Below, piece by piece: positions 27,594 to 41,069 of a stretch of DNA of 64,000 nucleotides (positions are counted from its first letter, which is position 1; every line of letters starts with the position of its first letter). The DNA comes from Octopus vulgaris (taxonomy: Eukaryota): assembly GCA_951406725.2 (NCBI GenBank), contig OX597826.1, positions 56,792,001-56,856,000 of the forward strand. The letters are read 5' to 3'. Below the pieces are notes generated by a model. The model made no database searches. It was not told the DNA's origin and saw nothing but the letters and a program-made list of their open reading frames with translations. Made by a program: the position numbers and the translations under genes.

Positions 27594-27985
27594 GTTGTTG
27601 CCATTTAGCTCAAGATCAACCCAGATTGACCATATCTATGATCAAGGCCAGTCAAGTGATAACTGTTCCATCTTCATTTTATTAAGCAAAATGTACAGCC
27701 GTTTCTACAGCTGGTTGGCGTTAGGAAGGGCATCCAGCTGTAGAAACGTTGCCAGATAAGACCGGAGCCTGGTGCAGCCTTCTGGCTTCCCAGATCACCG
27801 GTCGAACCGTCCAACCCATGCTAGCATGGAGAACGGACGTTAAACGATGATGATGATGATGTAGCTGGGACAGCGACTGCTCAACATTTTAAAAAAATTT
27901 CTTTCAAAGTAGTAAGACAGGATTCATGAGAAATCTTGCTTCAATTTCTAGCAGATCGAGGAACTACACAGAGGCTCACTTAGTC
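27594..27985 (-). mobile_element. Family C repeat interrupted by family D
   Basis: gttgttgccatttagctcaagatc...tatgatcaaggc on the left and tttctagcagatcgag...cagaggctc on the right of the D insertion. Confidence 0.65.
27701..27860 (+). mobile_element. Family D insertion with short 5' inversion
   Basis: Near-identical to 12340-12485; gtttctacagctgg (27701-27714) is the exact reverse complement of 27734-27747. Confidence 0.85.
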
Positions 27986-28387
27986 TAAAGAAACCAAGTA
28001 TGTGTATCTACAGGAATTTTAAGTAGTTGTTAAGTAACAATGAAAACGTAGAAATATAAGAAAAAGAGAAGTAACAGGAGTCATCCTTAAGAAGCCAGCA
28101 CATGCTGTTCTTTAGTTAAAGTGTAGGATGTCGTTGTAAAATAGCTGCAGGTTTTACTTGTCTGAAACAGTCAATAATAACATGTTTTATGGCTTATTTT
28201 TCTACTAATAAGTCACAACAACACCTTTTAGTGGAGCTCATCACCAGATACCAACAATGATGTGAAAATTAATTTGAAGATACAGTTTTCTGTTATCATT
28301 ATTCTGAGGTAGCAGTGAGTAGATGCAATAAATAAAGCTTGGCTTACAAATATCTAGCTATGTTTAATATATTCTTTTTATTTATTT

Positions 28388-28700
28388 TTTTATTTGTTTC
28401 AATCATTTGACTGTGGTCATGCTGGAGCACTGCCTTTAAGTCAAGCAAATCGCCCCCCAGGACTTATTCTTTGTAGGCCTGGTACTTATTCTATCGGTCT
28501 CTTTTGCCGAGCTGCTAAGTGACGGGGATGTAAACACACCAGCATTGATTGTCAAGCGATGTTGGGTGGGGGGCAAACACAGACAGACAGACACACACAC
28601 ACACACAGACACACACACACACATATATAGTACCCAAGGTGCTACACAGTGGGACTGAACACGAGACCACGTGGGTGTAAAGTGAACTTTGCAACCATAC
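28388..28700 (-). mobile_element. SINE family B, internally deleted
   Basis: ttgtttcaatcatttgactgtggtcatgctggagcac...tacttattctatcggtctcttttgccga...cccaaggtgctacacagtgggactgaac. Confidence 0.85.
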
Positions 28701-29080
28701 TCCCTAGAGTTAAACTTTTTTTTCATTCCTCTAACAATACCAGTCATATATTGAGATCAGTCTAATACCCACTCTGCTTGAAAATGAAAGTGTATAGCTT
28801 TAATTCAAAGTTAAAAACGATTATTATACGTAATTAAAATTAAAGTGTCACGCTACATGCCCAAAAGTAATTAACAAAAGTTATAATGATTAGGGTATCC
28901 AAGGACAAGACTTACCAGTCATTCATTTAAGTATCTATAGTCAGTGTTCAAATTCCAACAGGCTCAAACTTTGCCTTTCATGGAACTGGAATAAACCTTA
29001 AATTTGCTATCTTATGTCAGTCTAAGAGAACACACTAACTGTTTTACCATCATCATCATCATAATTATCATTATTACAGA

Positions 29081-29300
29081 AGAGAGGAGAGCTGGTAGAA
29101 TTGTTAACACACTGAGCAAATTGCTTATTGGCATTCCCTCTCTCTTTATGTTCTGAGTGCAAATTCCGCCTCAACTGACTTTGTCGTCTATCCTTTCAGG
29201 GTCAATAAAATAAGTACCAGTTGAACTCTGGGGATGATGCAATTGACTTAACCCATCCACTGAAATTGCTGACCCTGCGCCAAAATTTGAAACCATTATT
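29081..29300 (+). mobile_element. SINE family A, plus strand
   Basis: gagctggtagaattgttaac...ttctgagtgcaaattccgcc...atcctttcagggtcaataaaataagtaccag. Confidence 0.8.
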
Positions 29301-29309
29301 ACAGAAGAA

Positions 29310-29495
29310 ATGAGCCAAAATAAAGGAGTTTTCAACCTACTAGAAACCATGACCATATTTTTTCCACACCCCACTATATATAAAAAAAAAAGGGGGAAGG
29401 ACATATTAAGTAATGTAATCTGAGATGGTCATGGGTGGAATATCTTTAACGATGGGTGTGTCTGTTCAGTGAGGGTTGACACAGGGCTAAACAAT
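29310..29495 (+). mobile_element. Family C repeat
   Basis: acctactagaaac...gatggtcatgggtggaat...agggctaaacaa. Confidence 0.6.
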
Positions 29496-29998
29496 AATAT
29501 CATCATCATCTCATATTGCAGAAAGGACAACTCTACATCTATTATTCACCATCACCATCATCATCATCATCACTACATCCAGCACTCTCATACAAGAAAC
29601 GGATCATGTTTGTTGATATCTTCTAATCTGTTAATAAGAGGTAGAAATAAGTTATGTGATCCAGATGGTAAGTTATATAACCGGAGATCTTACATATGTG
29701 ATAAATATGAGAGGAGAGGATTATGCCGTGCTGCGGTTAGTGTGGCATGGTGAGGTATGTGGAGGTGTGGTGTGGTAATTGTATAAGTGGTGATAATGAT
29801 ACATTTCATAACAAACCATGTGACTTAGAGAAAAAGAGAGAGAGAGAGAGTGTGTGTGTGTGTGTGTGTGTGTGTAAAGCTACCCTTTTGGGTAACAAGC
29901 TTTATGCACTCACATGAACAACCCACAACATAAACACACAAAACAACACTGAAGCAGGTATAAAAATAGTCTCCTTTCTACATATTAACAAACAATAC

Positions 29999-30073
<75 letters not shown>

Positions 30074-30499
30074 GAAAGAACAAAAAAAATAGAAACAAAA
30101 AACAAACATAAAACACAGAAGGTTAATTATGACTAATTAAAGTCCAAACTAAGCCAGCTGATACAACAGGTAATCATGACATTTCTGTCAGGATGAGTCT
30201 TTACAAAAAGGTTAACAAAATTAAAAAAAAACATGAAAAAAAAAAAAGAAAAAGAAGCCTGGTAATAATACAGTTGGCTGAGTGGATGATGTATATTTAG
30301 ACTATCAGTTCCTGGGTCAAGAGTTCATATCCAAGCATTTTAGTTATATCACTCAGTAGAGGAGGACAATTAAAAGTCTACTGCTGGGAGAATAGGTAGT
30401 GGGGTCCTTCATACAAGGAAGGCAACATTCAAATTAATCAGGTACTATGCGGGGGGGGGGGGACAAAAAGACTTATCTGTCATTTATTTAAGCATTACT

Positions 30500-30941
30500 G
30501 AAGCTATTGAGAGACCTGCTAGAAATAGAAGCCAAATTCCCATCAAATCATACCACAGAATCTTTTTTTCTTTCAAAAAAAAAAAAAAAAAGAGGAGACA
30601 TTGGATAATATAATCCTTTCTACCATAAGGTACAAGGCCTGAACTTTTGAGAGAGGGATTAAGTTGATTACATCGACCCCCAAGGCTCAACAGGTACTTA
30701 ATATGCTGACCCTGAAAGGATGAGAGGCAAAGTCGACCTCAGCGGAATTTGAACTCAGAACACAAAGACAGATGAATGCTGGTAAGCATTTTGCTTGGTA
30801 TGCTAACAATTCGGCCAGCTTGCCTTCTTCTTGAATAATATAATATAATCTTAGCTTCAATGATGGTATGATGGTCATGGTTGGAATGCTTCTGATCATT
30901 GAGTTGCTTGATATGATTTGATCTGAGGCTATGAACAACAA
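30500..30941 (+). mobile_element. Family C repeat split by a family A insertion
   Basis: gacctgctagaaatagaagccaaatt on the left and gatggtcatggttggaatgcttctgatc...gaacaaca on the right. Confidence 0.7.
30612..30826 (-). mobile_element. SINE family A (A1 tail) nested in family C
   Basis: Full central domain; TSD-like ataatataatc on both sides. Confidence 0.85.
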
Positions 30942-30954
30942 TGAAGGAACCACT

Positions 30955-31145
30955 AGTCGCCTGGCTTGCTAGAAATAGCAGCCAATTGACCTCTCAAAAT
31001 CAATGTACCATCTTTAAAACGAGAATGACACATTGTTAATGTCCTGGATAAACTATAATTTGATAAAAGACAGGATGGTCATGGTAGTAACGTCTTTATC
31101 ATAGATCTGTTGGGTCATGGCTGACTTGGATCTACAAACAACCAA
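30955..31145 (+). mobile_element. Family C repeat
   Basis: gcttgctagaaatagcagccaa...ggatggtcatgg...gctgacttggatctacaaacaaccaac. Confidence 0.7.
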
Positions 31146-31241
31146 CAATCTTGGCACTAGAAAACCAGAGTCGATTCAACGAACCTTTGTAAATGGACTA
31201 AGTTAACTAACGAGCTGAGCTTCAATTGTTGTAAGACTTAC

Positions 31242-32430
31242 CTATCTAGACAGGCACTTATCATAAAAACATCTACCTGCCTCTCTTCTTCTTCGACAAC
31301 TACATACATAAATGATTTCAGTTCAATTACTTTCTTGATACATCGCCATAGCAAAGGGATAGAACCTAACAACTAGGAAAGAACATAATGTTATAGGGAG
31401 TTAGTTGCAAACTAGAAAGAGTCGGTGTAATAATAATAGAGGCTGGCGTTACCCAATAGGTCAGTCAAAGATAAATTCTAAGTTGTTACCGAAGAATGCA
31501 ACTATTCCCCACTCCGCGCACATACACATAGAATCACTGCTACTACATATCGCACTTCCTCCTATCCAATCTCATAACTATTGCCAACTAGCACCTCTGC
31601 TGTCAGTTAGAAAACAATAAATAAATCTCAGCCCACCACTCACTTAACCACCACCACCACCACCACCACCGCCGCCACTACCACCACCATCACTATCTTG
31701 AACCCCTTCCTTTCTCCTCATATCCTTGCATGCCAGTAATAAATCTCATAAGAAAATCTCTCTATGTATGTCTTGCATTCTGAGAAAATACTTTCTCGTG
31801 CAAGCAAGTTTATGTATGTATGTTTTTCATGTTATTATTATTATTATATCTATCTTTTCTTTTTTTTTTTTTTTTTTTACTGCAGAATCTTCTTAAGTGA
31901 TTCCAGAAGGATTTCCAGAGCTTTTAAATAAAAGCGGTAGAAACCGGTAAACCTTAAACGATAAGAGACAAAAAGATTAATTCTTCAATTTACTGAACTA
32001 CTAGTTTGATCTATCACTTTGGTACGAGATAAAACGGGAGGGGAACATACACTTTCACCTCAGAAATAACCTTCTTACAGAAGAATTTTGCCACAAAACA
32101 TGACGGCATCTGCAGATTGAAGAAAACTCAAATCTATTTGCAAACTGCAAAAGCAAAGTTTGTGCTTGGAAGTGGCTGGCATGATCTTTAAAAACTTGAT
32201 ATTAAGGATAGAGAACATTGGAGATGCTAGCAATAAAAATAACTATAGACATATGTAAAACTTCTCTGCCAAAGCTGAAATGAAAGGAGTGAGATTTCGG
32301 TAATGTCTGGGATTATGTAACGAGTGGAAATAACAATCAATTAATAAGAAATTGAATATCTGTAATGAACTCTTTGAAAGGATTAACGAGACGAGGCACA
32401 CACTTAAAGTTCCATTTAGGGAGAGAAAAA
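31242..32430 (-). promoter_or_regulatory. Candidate alternative promoter / non-coding first exon
   Basis: Consensus donor TAG|GTAAGT at 31242/31241, with about 1.2 kb of mostly unique, CpG-retaining sequence upstream on the minus strand. No long ORF. Confidence 0.4.
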
Positions 32431-32457
32431 GAAGGGAAGAAGTTATAAAAACGGTTT

Positions 32458-32488
<31 letters not shown>

Positions 32489-32613
32489 AACACAAACATA
32501 TACACAGACATATATAAACATGTTGTACAAATAGAAGGAAGTTAAGCAGCATATCTTGAAAACAATATTGCTTCATATACTTAGCAATTGAATATTAACC
32601 CAACCAAAATATT

Positions 32614-33005
32614 ACCACAGGCTTGGCTGCATGGCTTATAAATTTCCTTCCTAAAAACATTCTCCTTTGGGTGAACCGATGCCTTGTGAAACAAGCAAAT
32701 CAATGTCTTGTGTAAGGAAAAATTTAGCAGACAAAACCTGTGCAGAAGTCTGTTCAGAGTGCATGCATGTCTATACGTAATAGTGGCAGGTGGTAGAATC
32801 AGTGGTGGAACTTGGAACAAAAATGTCGAGCTGGTATTTATTAATGCTCCTTTATAGTCAGGGTGGGTGTTGCTTTTCATCTTACCAAAGGTTTCAATGA
32901 AAAAAGTGTGCAACAAAGTACTGAGGTTAATATAATTGCCTAAAGCTTTATAAGATGGAACCCCCAGTATGGCAGCAGTCCAATGACTGAAATCAGTGAA
33001 AAGAG
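32614..33005 (+). mobile_element. SINE family B, old diverged copy
   Basis: caggcttggctgcatgg...ccgatgccttgtga...ccagtatggcagcagtccaatgactgaaatcagtgaaaagag. Confidence 0.6.
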
Positions 33006-33529
33006 TAACTATTATCGATAACATTCAATATCTATGAAATACCATGGGAATTAGATTAATATCCACAATGATACCAAAGATCAGTCATAACTAATATTTA
33101 TTTTAAAATATTTTTTTTCCCTCTCTCTGCAGACTGATGCAAATAAAACCATAAAAGTAAAAGGCACTTCTCTGCATAGTACACAAACTTATTGTATTTT
33201 ATAAATTTTATTAACTTATTTTGCCAATGCAGTTTCTCTGCTTTTCATTTAACAACTGATTTTTTATAATCCTCGTCATATGTAAAACTTTATGCAAAGG
33301 GGAAAAAAACTAAAAGGATGAATGGAATGAAATTCTCAAAGAATGAAGAAAATTTTGTTCACTGTGGTAGACACAGAGACTCTATGATTAAAAAAGCTTA
33401 AGATATTTTAATATATATGGTAGTATTAAATTGTCCATATCTATGTAAACTGCCATTTCCTTCTATCAAATTTGTATGAGAGAGTATGCAGTTGTAGGTA
33501 TGTTTGCATGTGTGAGCAAATCATATTAA

Positions 33530-33594
33530 ATATGTGTGAGTGAGTGTGTGTGTGTGTGTATATATATATATGTGTGTGAGTGAGTGTGCATGTA

Positions 33595-33629
<35 letters not shown>

Positions 33630-33681
33630 GTGTGTGAGTGAGTGTGTATGTATTTGTGTGTGTGTGTATATGTATATTTAT

Positions 33682-33744
<63 letters not shown>

Positions 33745-33780
33745 TTGCATATGTATATAAATATGTATGCGTATGTAGGC
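33530..33780. repeat. Compound (TG)n/(TA)n microsatellite
   Basis: Directly visible. Confidence 0.9.
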
Positions 33781-36427
33781 ATGTTGTTATTCAATACTAT
33801 ATGTAAATATATGAGAGTATACTGTTTCTAAGCAGCTATATGTTGAATTGTGTGTGTGTGTGTCTATGAGAGAGAGAGAGAGAGAGAGTAAGGGAGCGAG
33901 AGAGATGGGAGAGAGAAAGAGATAGGGATAAGAAAGAGAGAGAGATGGATATAAATGTTAGGGTATTACATGGCTGTGCACATCATTATTTTACAGACGA
34001 TGCATATGTGCGTGTGTATGTGTGAAGGTACATATGATACTAAGTGTGAGGTTGTACTGCAGCTTTATGTAAGTGTGTGTATGTGTGCAAGTATGTATGA
34101 TATTATGTGTCTAACGCAGATATAGCTGTATGTGTATATATTTCTTTGTCTGTATACTTCATAAATATGCATAATACTAGTGTGTGTATATGCAAACTTT
34201 CTGCAGCCTTGCATGCATATATCCAAATCTGAAAATTGTTACAGCTGTGTCCATGTATGTCCATGTATGTGTGTGCATATGTGAGAGAGTGTATGTAGTT
34301 GCTAAACCCCAGATTCCTAATCCTCGTTCCAACACTAAAGCTTATATATCCAACCTTCAGAGAGGAAAGTCTGGTGTGACTCACCAAAGATGTGAAGATG
34401 TCGCGTACAGTTTAAGGATCCGAAGACTATTCCTATCAATCCGTAATGGTTTCTAATGTGAAGAGACAACACAGTACAGATGAGAGAAAGAGGGAAGGAG
34501 AATATCTGGGGAGAGGAGAAATAGAAGCGAGGTAGGTAGGTAGGTGGTGATGGTAGTCTGATCTGAACAGGATTTTGAGGACATCTTGAAAGCCCTTTAA
34601 TTTTGTCTAAACCTAGATAATAAGAGGTTCGTATTTCATAACAAGAAAAACTATGGCAAAGAAAACACACACACAGGAAATCTAATTATTGACTAAAATA
34701 ATTTTATTGCTAGGCACACCATGTTTCTCTCTTTCTCTTCATGTATATATATATATATATATATACACACACATAGTTGTGTGTGTGTATGTATGCATAC
34801 ATACATAGCCTTATTAAAACTGATACTTGCCAACATACACAACAGTCAAAGGGTTCCCTGAATTACGTAAGAACTACCAGAACTTTCTCTGCTTCACAGA
34901 CTAATCATGGCAGCCACCCATATATATTTGGCTAGGTTAAAGGAAAATTTGCAAGTCTTATGACTTAACCAAATCTAATCTACAAGACAATGAAAAGAAT
35001 CAGCATGGGGGTAAACAAAAAACAGATGTTGGTAGAAGAAAGATGAAGGTAATGATGATAATTAGATAGTTAGGTGTAAAATCTTGGGGATTTAGGGCGG
35101 GAGGAAACAAAAACATTGTTATGTTGCTAATTTCACTGGGAAAGGAATAATTAATAAGTGAAGCAAAATGGTTATAACTTGGAACCATTTCTGGATGAGG
35201 ACTTGTGACTAAATTCTTCGTCGTGATCTCAAATATGTTACAAACACATATACAGGCATCCACTGTGTGTTACAAGAGGTGTTATGTTACTGAAAATCGG
35301 GCTTGTAACATGGATTATTGTAATGAGAAACCAACTTCACTATTGACTTTGATGTTACATGAAAATCAATGAACATGGAATTTAATGGGAAAATGTATTT
35401 CATGCTATAGAAGTCCATGGTGAAAGCAAGATTTTGATGAATACAGTCTTTCCACAATGTGGAGGGATGGACGTTTGTAGTATGAATTTAGTGGTTACTA
35501 TATAAACACCATGATTTCACACAGACACACTTATGTATATATATGTGTGTCTGTGTGTGTGTATAAGCAATATGTACATATAAATACAGTCTACTCCATA
35601 AACATACATGTTGGTGCCTAATTTGTAGATATACCCATGTGTTCCAATTTATGCTTATTATATATGCTATTTTATGCACAGACAGACATGTGCATGTGCA
35701 CATACACAAACACACTCTTATATACATAGACTCATTTTTAAACAAACAACTTCTGTATAAGTATTGTTGGGAAGGAAAGAACTAGGGAAGAAAGTTAGCT
35801 GTTAGTGAGATAAGGAATCTTAAGTTGTGCTCTATTAAACCTCATTAGGGACAAGGAAGTGTGTTTGGTAGACAAGTTAGGTTTACTGTAATGTGAACCT
35901 GTGAGAGAGAATGAGACTAGAGGAGGAAACAAGGAGAGAAGAGAGAGAAGGAAAAGATAGAGGACAGACGGAAAGAGAAAAGAGAAGACGAGAGAGGAAG
36001 AAAGAGAAACGGAAATGAGAAAGAGAGGAGAGAGAGACAGGAAAGAAAGGAGATAAGAGAGAAGTATAGAGAGAAAGAGATAGTTTAGACAGAAAGAAAG
36101 AAAAGATAGGGACAACTCTGCAACATCAGCACCATTTTACAAAATAAAACAAAATGACAGAAAAATCCCAAAATAATGTTGAAATTTTCTGTAAATAATA
36201 ATAATAATAATAATAAAAAAGACACAAATGCACACACAAAAACATACATGCAGGCTATGTCAGGGGAAGAATGTTTATTTGTTTTTAATGCAGAAAGAAT
36301 ATGAAACTATTTACAGGTGAGAGGTGTCAACCGTATCAATCAATCATACAAAAGAGAATTGTTATTTTAATTAAAATATGTAATTTAAAAAAATATAACA
36401 AAATAGTAATAAAACTTAGTAAATTAA

Positions 36428-36460
<33 letters not shown>

Positions 36461-36554
36461 CATCTTTTAGAGATTGTTCAAACCCATACATAACATACTA
36501 AAACATAAAATACAGTTTAAAAGCCTTGAAGAATGGAATGGGGACGTGGAAAAC

Positions 36555-36586
<32 letters not shown>

Positions 36587-36669
36587 GGGAATACCAGTTT
36601 CTTATTTATTCCTGTGGTTTTTATATGAAGAAAATTATTACCCAAGAGAAGCATTATCTATCTAAGCAT

Positions 36670-37051
36670 CTCTCTTTTACTTGTTTCAGTCATTTGACTG
36701 CAGCCATGCTGGAGCACCGCCTTCTAATCGAGCAAATCGACCCCAGGACTTATTCTTTGTAAGCCTAGTACTTATTCTATCACTCTCTTTTGCTGAACCG
36801 CTAAGTTACGGGGACGTAAACACACCAGCATCGGTTGTCAAGCAATGGTGGGGGGACAAACACAGACACACAAACATATACACACATACATATATACCGA
36901 CGGGCTTCTTCCAGTTTCCGTCTACCAAATCCACTCACAAGGCTTTGGTCGGCCCAAGGCTCTAGAAAAAGACACTTGCCCAAGGTGCCATGCAGTGGGA
37001 ATGAACCCGGAACCATGTGGCTGGTAAGCACCACACAGCCACTCCTGCGCC
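36670..37051 (-). mobile_element. SINE family B, full length
   Basis: Reverse complement of 27080-27492 from the tail (ctcttttacttgtttcagtc) to the head (cacacagccactcctgcgcc). Confidence 0.9.
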
Positions 37052-37325
37052 TATATAATCTATATAATCCAGACACATGCATATTTTGGCAAGGGTGAAA
37101 AAGCAAAGGGCAGTGGGTAAAATTTCAGAGGCAGTGGTGGGTCTAGAACCATAAAATCTAACCAAACCCTTTTCAATGACAGCACACACACACACATATG
37201 ATGAATGAACTTTCAGAAAAAAAAAAAAAAAAATTTTCTTTCTCTTTCTCCATGATATACAGGCTGCACACACATACATACATACATACACACACACAAG
37301 CTCATATATAAACACAAATGCGTGC

Positions 37326-37361
<36 letters not shown>

Positions 37362-37449
37362 CTATGTAGAGATGTACATAAAATATAATATATGTCCTTA
37401 TGGGGATTTTCCCATGTTTATTGTTGTAATTTATACATCACATGAGGTG

Positions 37450-39140
37450 CCTAATGGTCGTGTTGGTGGTGGTCGGGGTTGAGTGATGGCTGTGGGTGTT
37501 GATATTCCGGAGCACGAAGAGGAATGGTATGTGTGGAGGAGGGTAATAGTGTAACAACAGCCCAACCACCTTTTACCAGCACCATATTGGCTCCTTACCA
37601 TCCCCCCCCCCCCCCGGGCCCCGTTAGGTTTTTGTTTATACTATTTTGTCCTGTTCTGAAAACATTAGTTACTCTATGATACACCACACTGAACACTAAC
37701 TTCCCACCCACCCACCCATCTTGCGTCCTCGAAACGGGTTGGAGGTTTCGGGTGGTTTGCCATGAATTGTGTGTGTGTGTGAAGCCACTAACCAAAACTA
37801 AAAGGGCCGTGTGGGGGTGACATGGGAGTAAAAAGGCTTTTTAGAGCCCGTCAACAACTTGAGATAAAACAAGCCGAATAAGAAGAAGGGAGATAAGGGT
37901 GCGACTAAAGGGTACGAATGTGTGTGTGTTTCAAGAGGGGGGAAACAGGACTTAACAATAACAACAATAATATTGAAAAAAAAATTGCTCAGTAGGTATA
38001 AATTATCAGATGTGGCTGTGCTGGAATGAGTAGGAGTGGAGGCGGGGTGAGTAATGCAAGGGTCGGATGATTAAGGATGTCCATAGATGAGAGAGTGTAG
38101 AATATGGGAGGTGACGGGGGTTTCATGTTAGTTTTTGATTTATTTATCTGTTCGGTTTATTTTTGTTTAGCCGAGATCTTCGCAGACATTGACGAAAGCC
38201 TCGTGGTCGCACACCAGCCATATCACTCACTCTGTCAACACTTGGGGGGAGGAATCAGATATAAGGTGGAGGTGAGGCAGGAGAGCTGGTGGGACAGGAC
38301 AAGCGATAGTAGCGGCGATGATGATGGTGATTGGTTGTAGTACCAGTGGAGACGGAGAAGTAAAAATTGAAGGGGTGGGGTGGGGGGAAGAAACCAGGGT
38401 AGAACACGGAGACATTTCGGGGGCGGGGAAGCAGGGGCGAAACAGGCAACAGAATGTAAGATGGTATTAAACACACAACATATACACACCCCGCTCACCA
38501 AATACATCTGATGTATACCCGCGCACGATATATGCACACATACAATCGTACACCACATCACAAGGTTCGCATACTTTCATAGAACGCATAAGTACGCATT
38601 ACATGCGCATACAAAGCAACCTCAAGCTACATAAAAACACACACATATATCGGTTTTATTCCTATATCCTATATACATATACATACGCCAACATACACAA
38701 CAGATGTCCAAACAATGCTCAGAGAAGATGGCGATCGAGTTATCAACAGAAGTTTTTAGTTCATTGGCCTTCATGTTGTCAAAGGAGTATGTGTGTATAT
38801 GTATATACATAGATACTCTACATAGAGCTGTATCTTCTAAATTCCGGCGGTCAGGTCAAAGTCTAAACCTTTGACTGTCTAATTTCACAAAATAAATAAG
38901 ATACATAAAACCTTTTGATCGTGAAGTACTCAATTGATGTTCCCTAACACACACACAAAAAAAATAATAAATAAATAATTACAAACAGAAACAGCTTTGA
39001 TCGTGGGTGCTCGACTGACGGATTTCGTTTGGATTTCTTTATTAAAACCACAACAAACTCTTCAGACTGTTACGGAGCGGTGTCTGGGCTGCTGGCTTTT
39101 GGGTACCCGAGGTGTCAGAAATGGCGATCCACCATTTCTG
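37450..39140 (-). promoter_or_regulatory. CpG/GC-rich island at the CpG boundary; candidate main promoter
   Basis: GC boxes ggaggcgggg (38038) and gggggcgggg (38419), YY1-like aagatggcg (38725), many CpGs, and a minus-strand donor ATG|GTAAGG at 37599/37598. Confidence 0.45.
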
Positions 39141-39145
39141 TTTGC

Positions 39146-39365
39146 AGTTGTTGTGGATTAGCCTCAGGTCAACTCTCTTCGAGTATAACTACGATAACAG
39201 GCATTTAAGTTAGAAACTCCCAAGTTTTTATTTTTAACTTTGAACTAATTACATTTTATTTTTAACTTTGAACTAATTACATTATCCGATTAGGAAAGTA
39301 GGTTTGGGATTTATAGAGACTTGGTTGCTATTTCTAGCAGATATAATGACCCCGTAGAAGCACTT
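39146..39365 (-). mobile_element. Family C repeat with internal 28-bp tandem duplication
   Basis: ttagcctcaggtcaac...ttggttgctatttctagcag; ttttatttttaactttgaactaattaca occurs twice (39226-39281). Confidence 0.65.
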
Positions 39366-40622
39366 TACATTGTGATTACAGTATAACTCAGAGATTGTCG
39401 CAGATCTTGGTATTACATGTAAGATAGAACTAACCGAACAGTCTCTTAGCAAATGCCAGTACAATGGTGAAGCCTCCAAACTGCCATAGTAAATTGAGTC
39501 TTTATGTCTGACTACTTACTACAGGTCAAAAGCGTTGCGAGGGCAACAAAGCTAAAAGATCGATTGGGAAAAATTTTTAATGTCTCTTGAGATGTTCAAA
39601 AAGCGTTCAAGTAGACAACTCAGAAGAAAATGGTTTCCTTCGAATAATGCCTAAGTTCTATTATAGATTGGTGGATGATAAATGGCTGAGATGGATGGCA
39701 TGTGTAATAACTAATTCAGTATCTTGATAGGTGTTCACAACACAATTAGAGCTTAATTCGACACTTGAAACATTTACAATAGAATGAGAGCATTCTTGAG
39801 AGGACAACGTTATTTTGTAAAGCAAATCCTGACTTTGAAAGAAGGAAAATTTCTACAAATGAATCAGAGCAGGATTTTACCGAGGATTGTGACGTTTATT
39901 CCATCTGCAAAAACCCGAGCGATAAGTCTCCAAACTTATTTCGTCACGGAAGTTATATAAGGTTTTTTCAAAAATCACGGAAACCATGCTTAAATTTTAC
40001 GGACAACGCTCATCACCCTCGTTTCATATAATACGACATTAAATGCAGGAATTAAAAAAATTTATTGAAAAAAAAAAAAAAAATCAGACATCCCTATGTT
40101 GGCGAAACCTCAGAATTTTACCACGGAACCACGAAGTTCTTTGAAACCCGGAGAAACACTAAAAATAGATCAACTGGAAATTGAGCTCAGAAACTCAGGC
40201 TTGATTTGTAAAGAACAACTTATACACTACGCTACAGAAAATATCACATCGCATTCTATCAGTCCAATTGCGTGCACATAACTTGCTCAAGTTTGTATTT
40301 AAGAGAGAAGATATTTGCGTTAATCAAATTTCAAGAACGTTAAAAAACAACAACAACAATAACAAACAGAAAAGCAAGACGGATTTATAATACAAAACGA
40401 ATACTCGAAATAAATAATAAATATAAATATTAAATAAAAAAGATTTAAAAAAAAAGAGAAAGAGCTTGAAAGAAATATTTCTAAAGAAGAAGAAAAAATT
40501 AGACAAATTTCATTCAAAACAAAAAGAAAAGAACATATATATATATATATATATATATATCCATATATATACATTCATACATATACATACATACATTCAT
40601 ACATATACATACATACATACAT

Positions 40623-40657
<35 letters not shown>

Positions 40658-40829
40658 TACATATATATATATAATGTAGGTAGTACTGGTGCATGTATAT
40701 ACATGTGTATATGTATGAATGAGTGTGTATATTCTCGGAAGGTGTATAAATTACATCAGTGCTTTGGAAGAAAAAGAAAAAAATAGGAAACTACACAAAA
40801 GGATCAATGGTGTTTATTACTACTACTAC

Positions 40830-40867
<38 letters not shown>

Positions 40868-41032
40868 GAAGCAACACCAACAGTGGAGCTTGCTCGTAAA
40901 ACAAGTGAGAAGAAAGAAAGAAAGAAAACAAACAAAACAATGGTACGAAGAGGTTTAGTGGAGGGAAATGGAACTTGCAGATGAGGACTCCCCCCACCCC
41001 ACTTCCATTCCATTCCATCGCCGCCACTTCAC

Positions 41033-41069
<37 letters not shown>

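Noticed and set aside
31860-33135. Plus-strand acceptor-like poly-T...CAG sites (about 31885, 33132; also 55861)
   Set aside because: The frames I checked close quickly and the sites are explained by poly-T runs; kept only as a caveat on strand assignment.
39784-40200. Short ORF MRAFLRGQRYFVKQ... faintly like LINE RT, and adjacent hAT-like subterminal motifs (cacggaacc...gagaaacact)
   Set aside because: Similarity is too short, and no matching TIR/TSD pair or RT catalytic motif was found.
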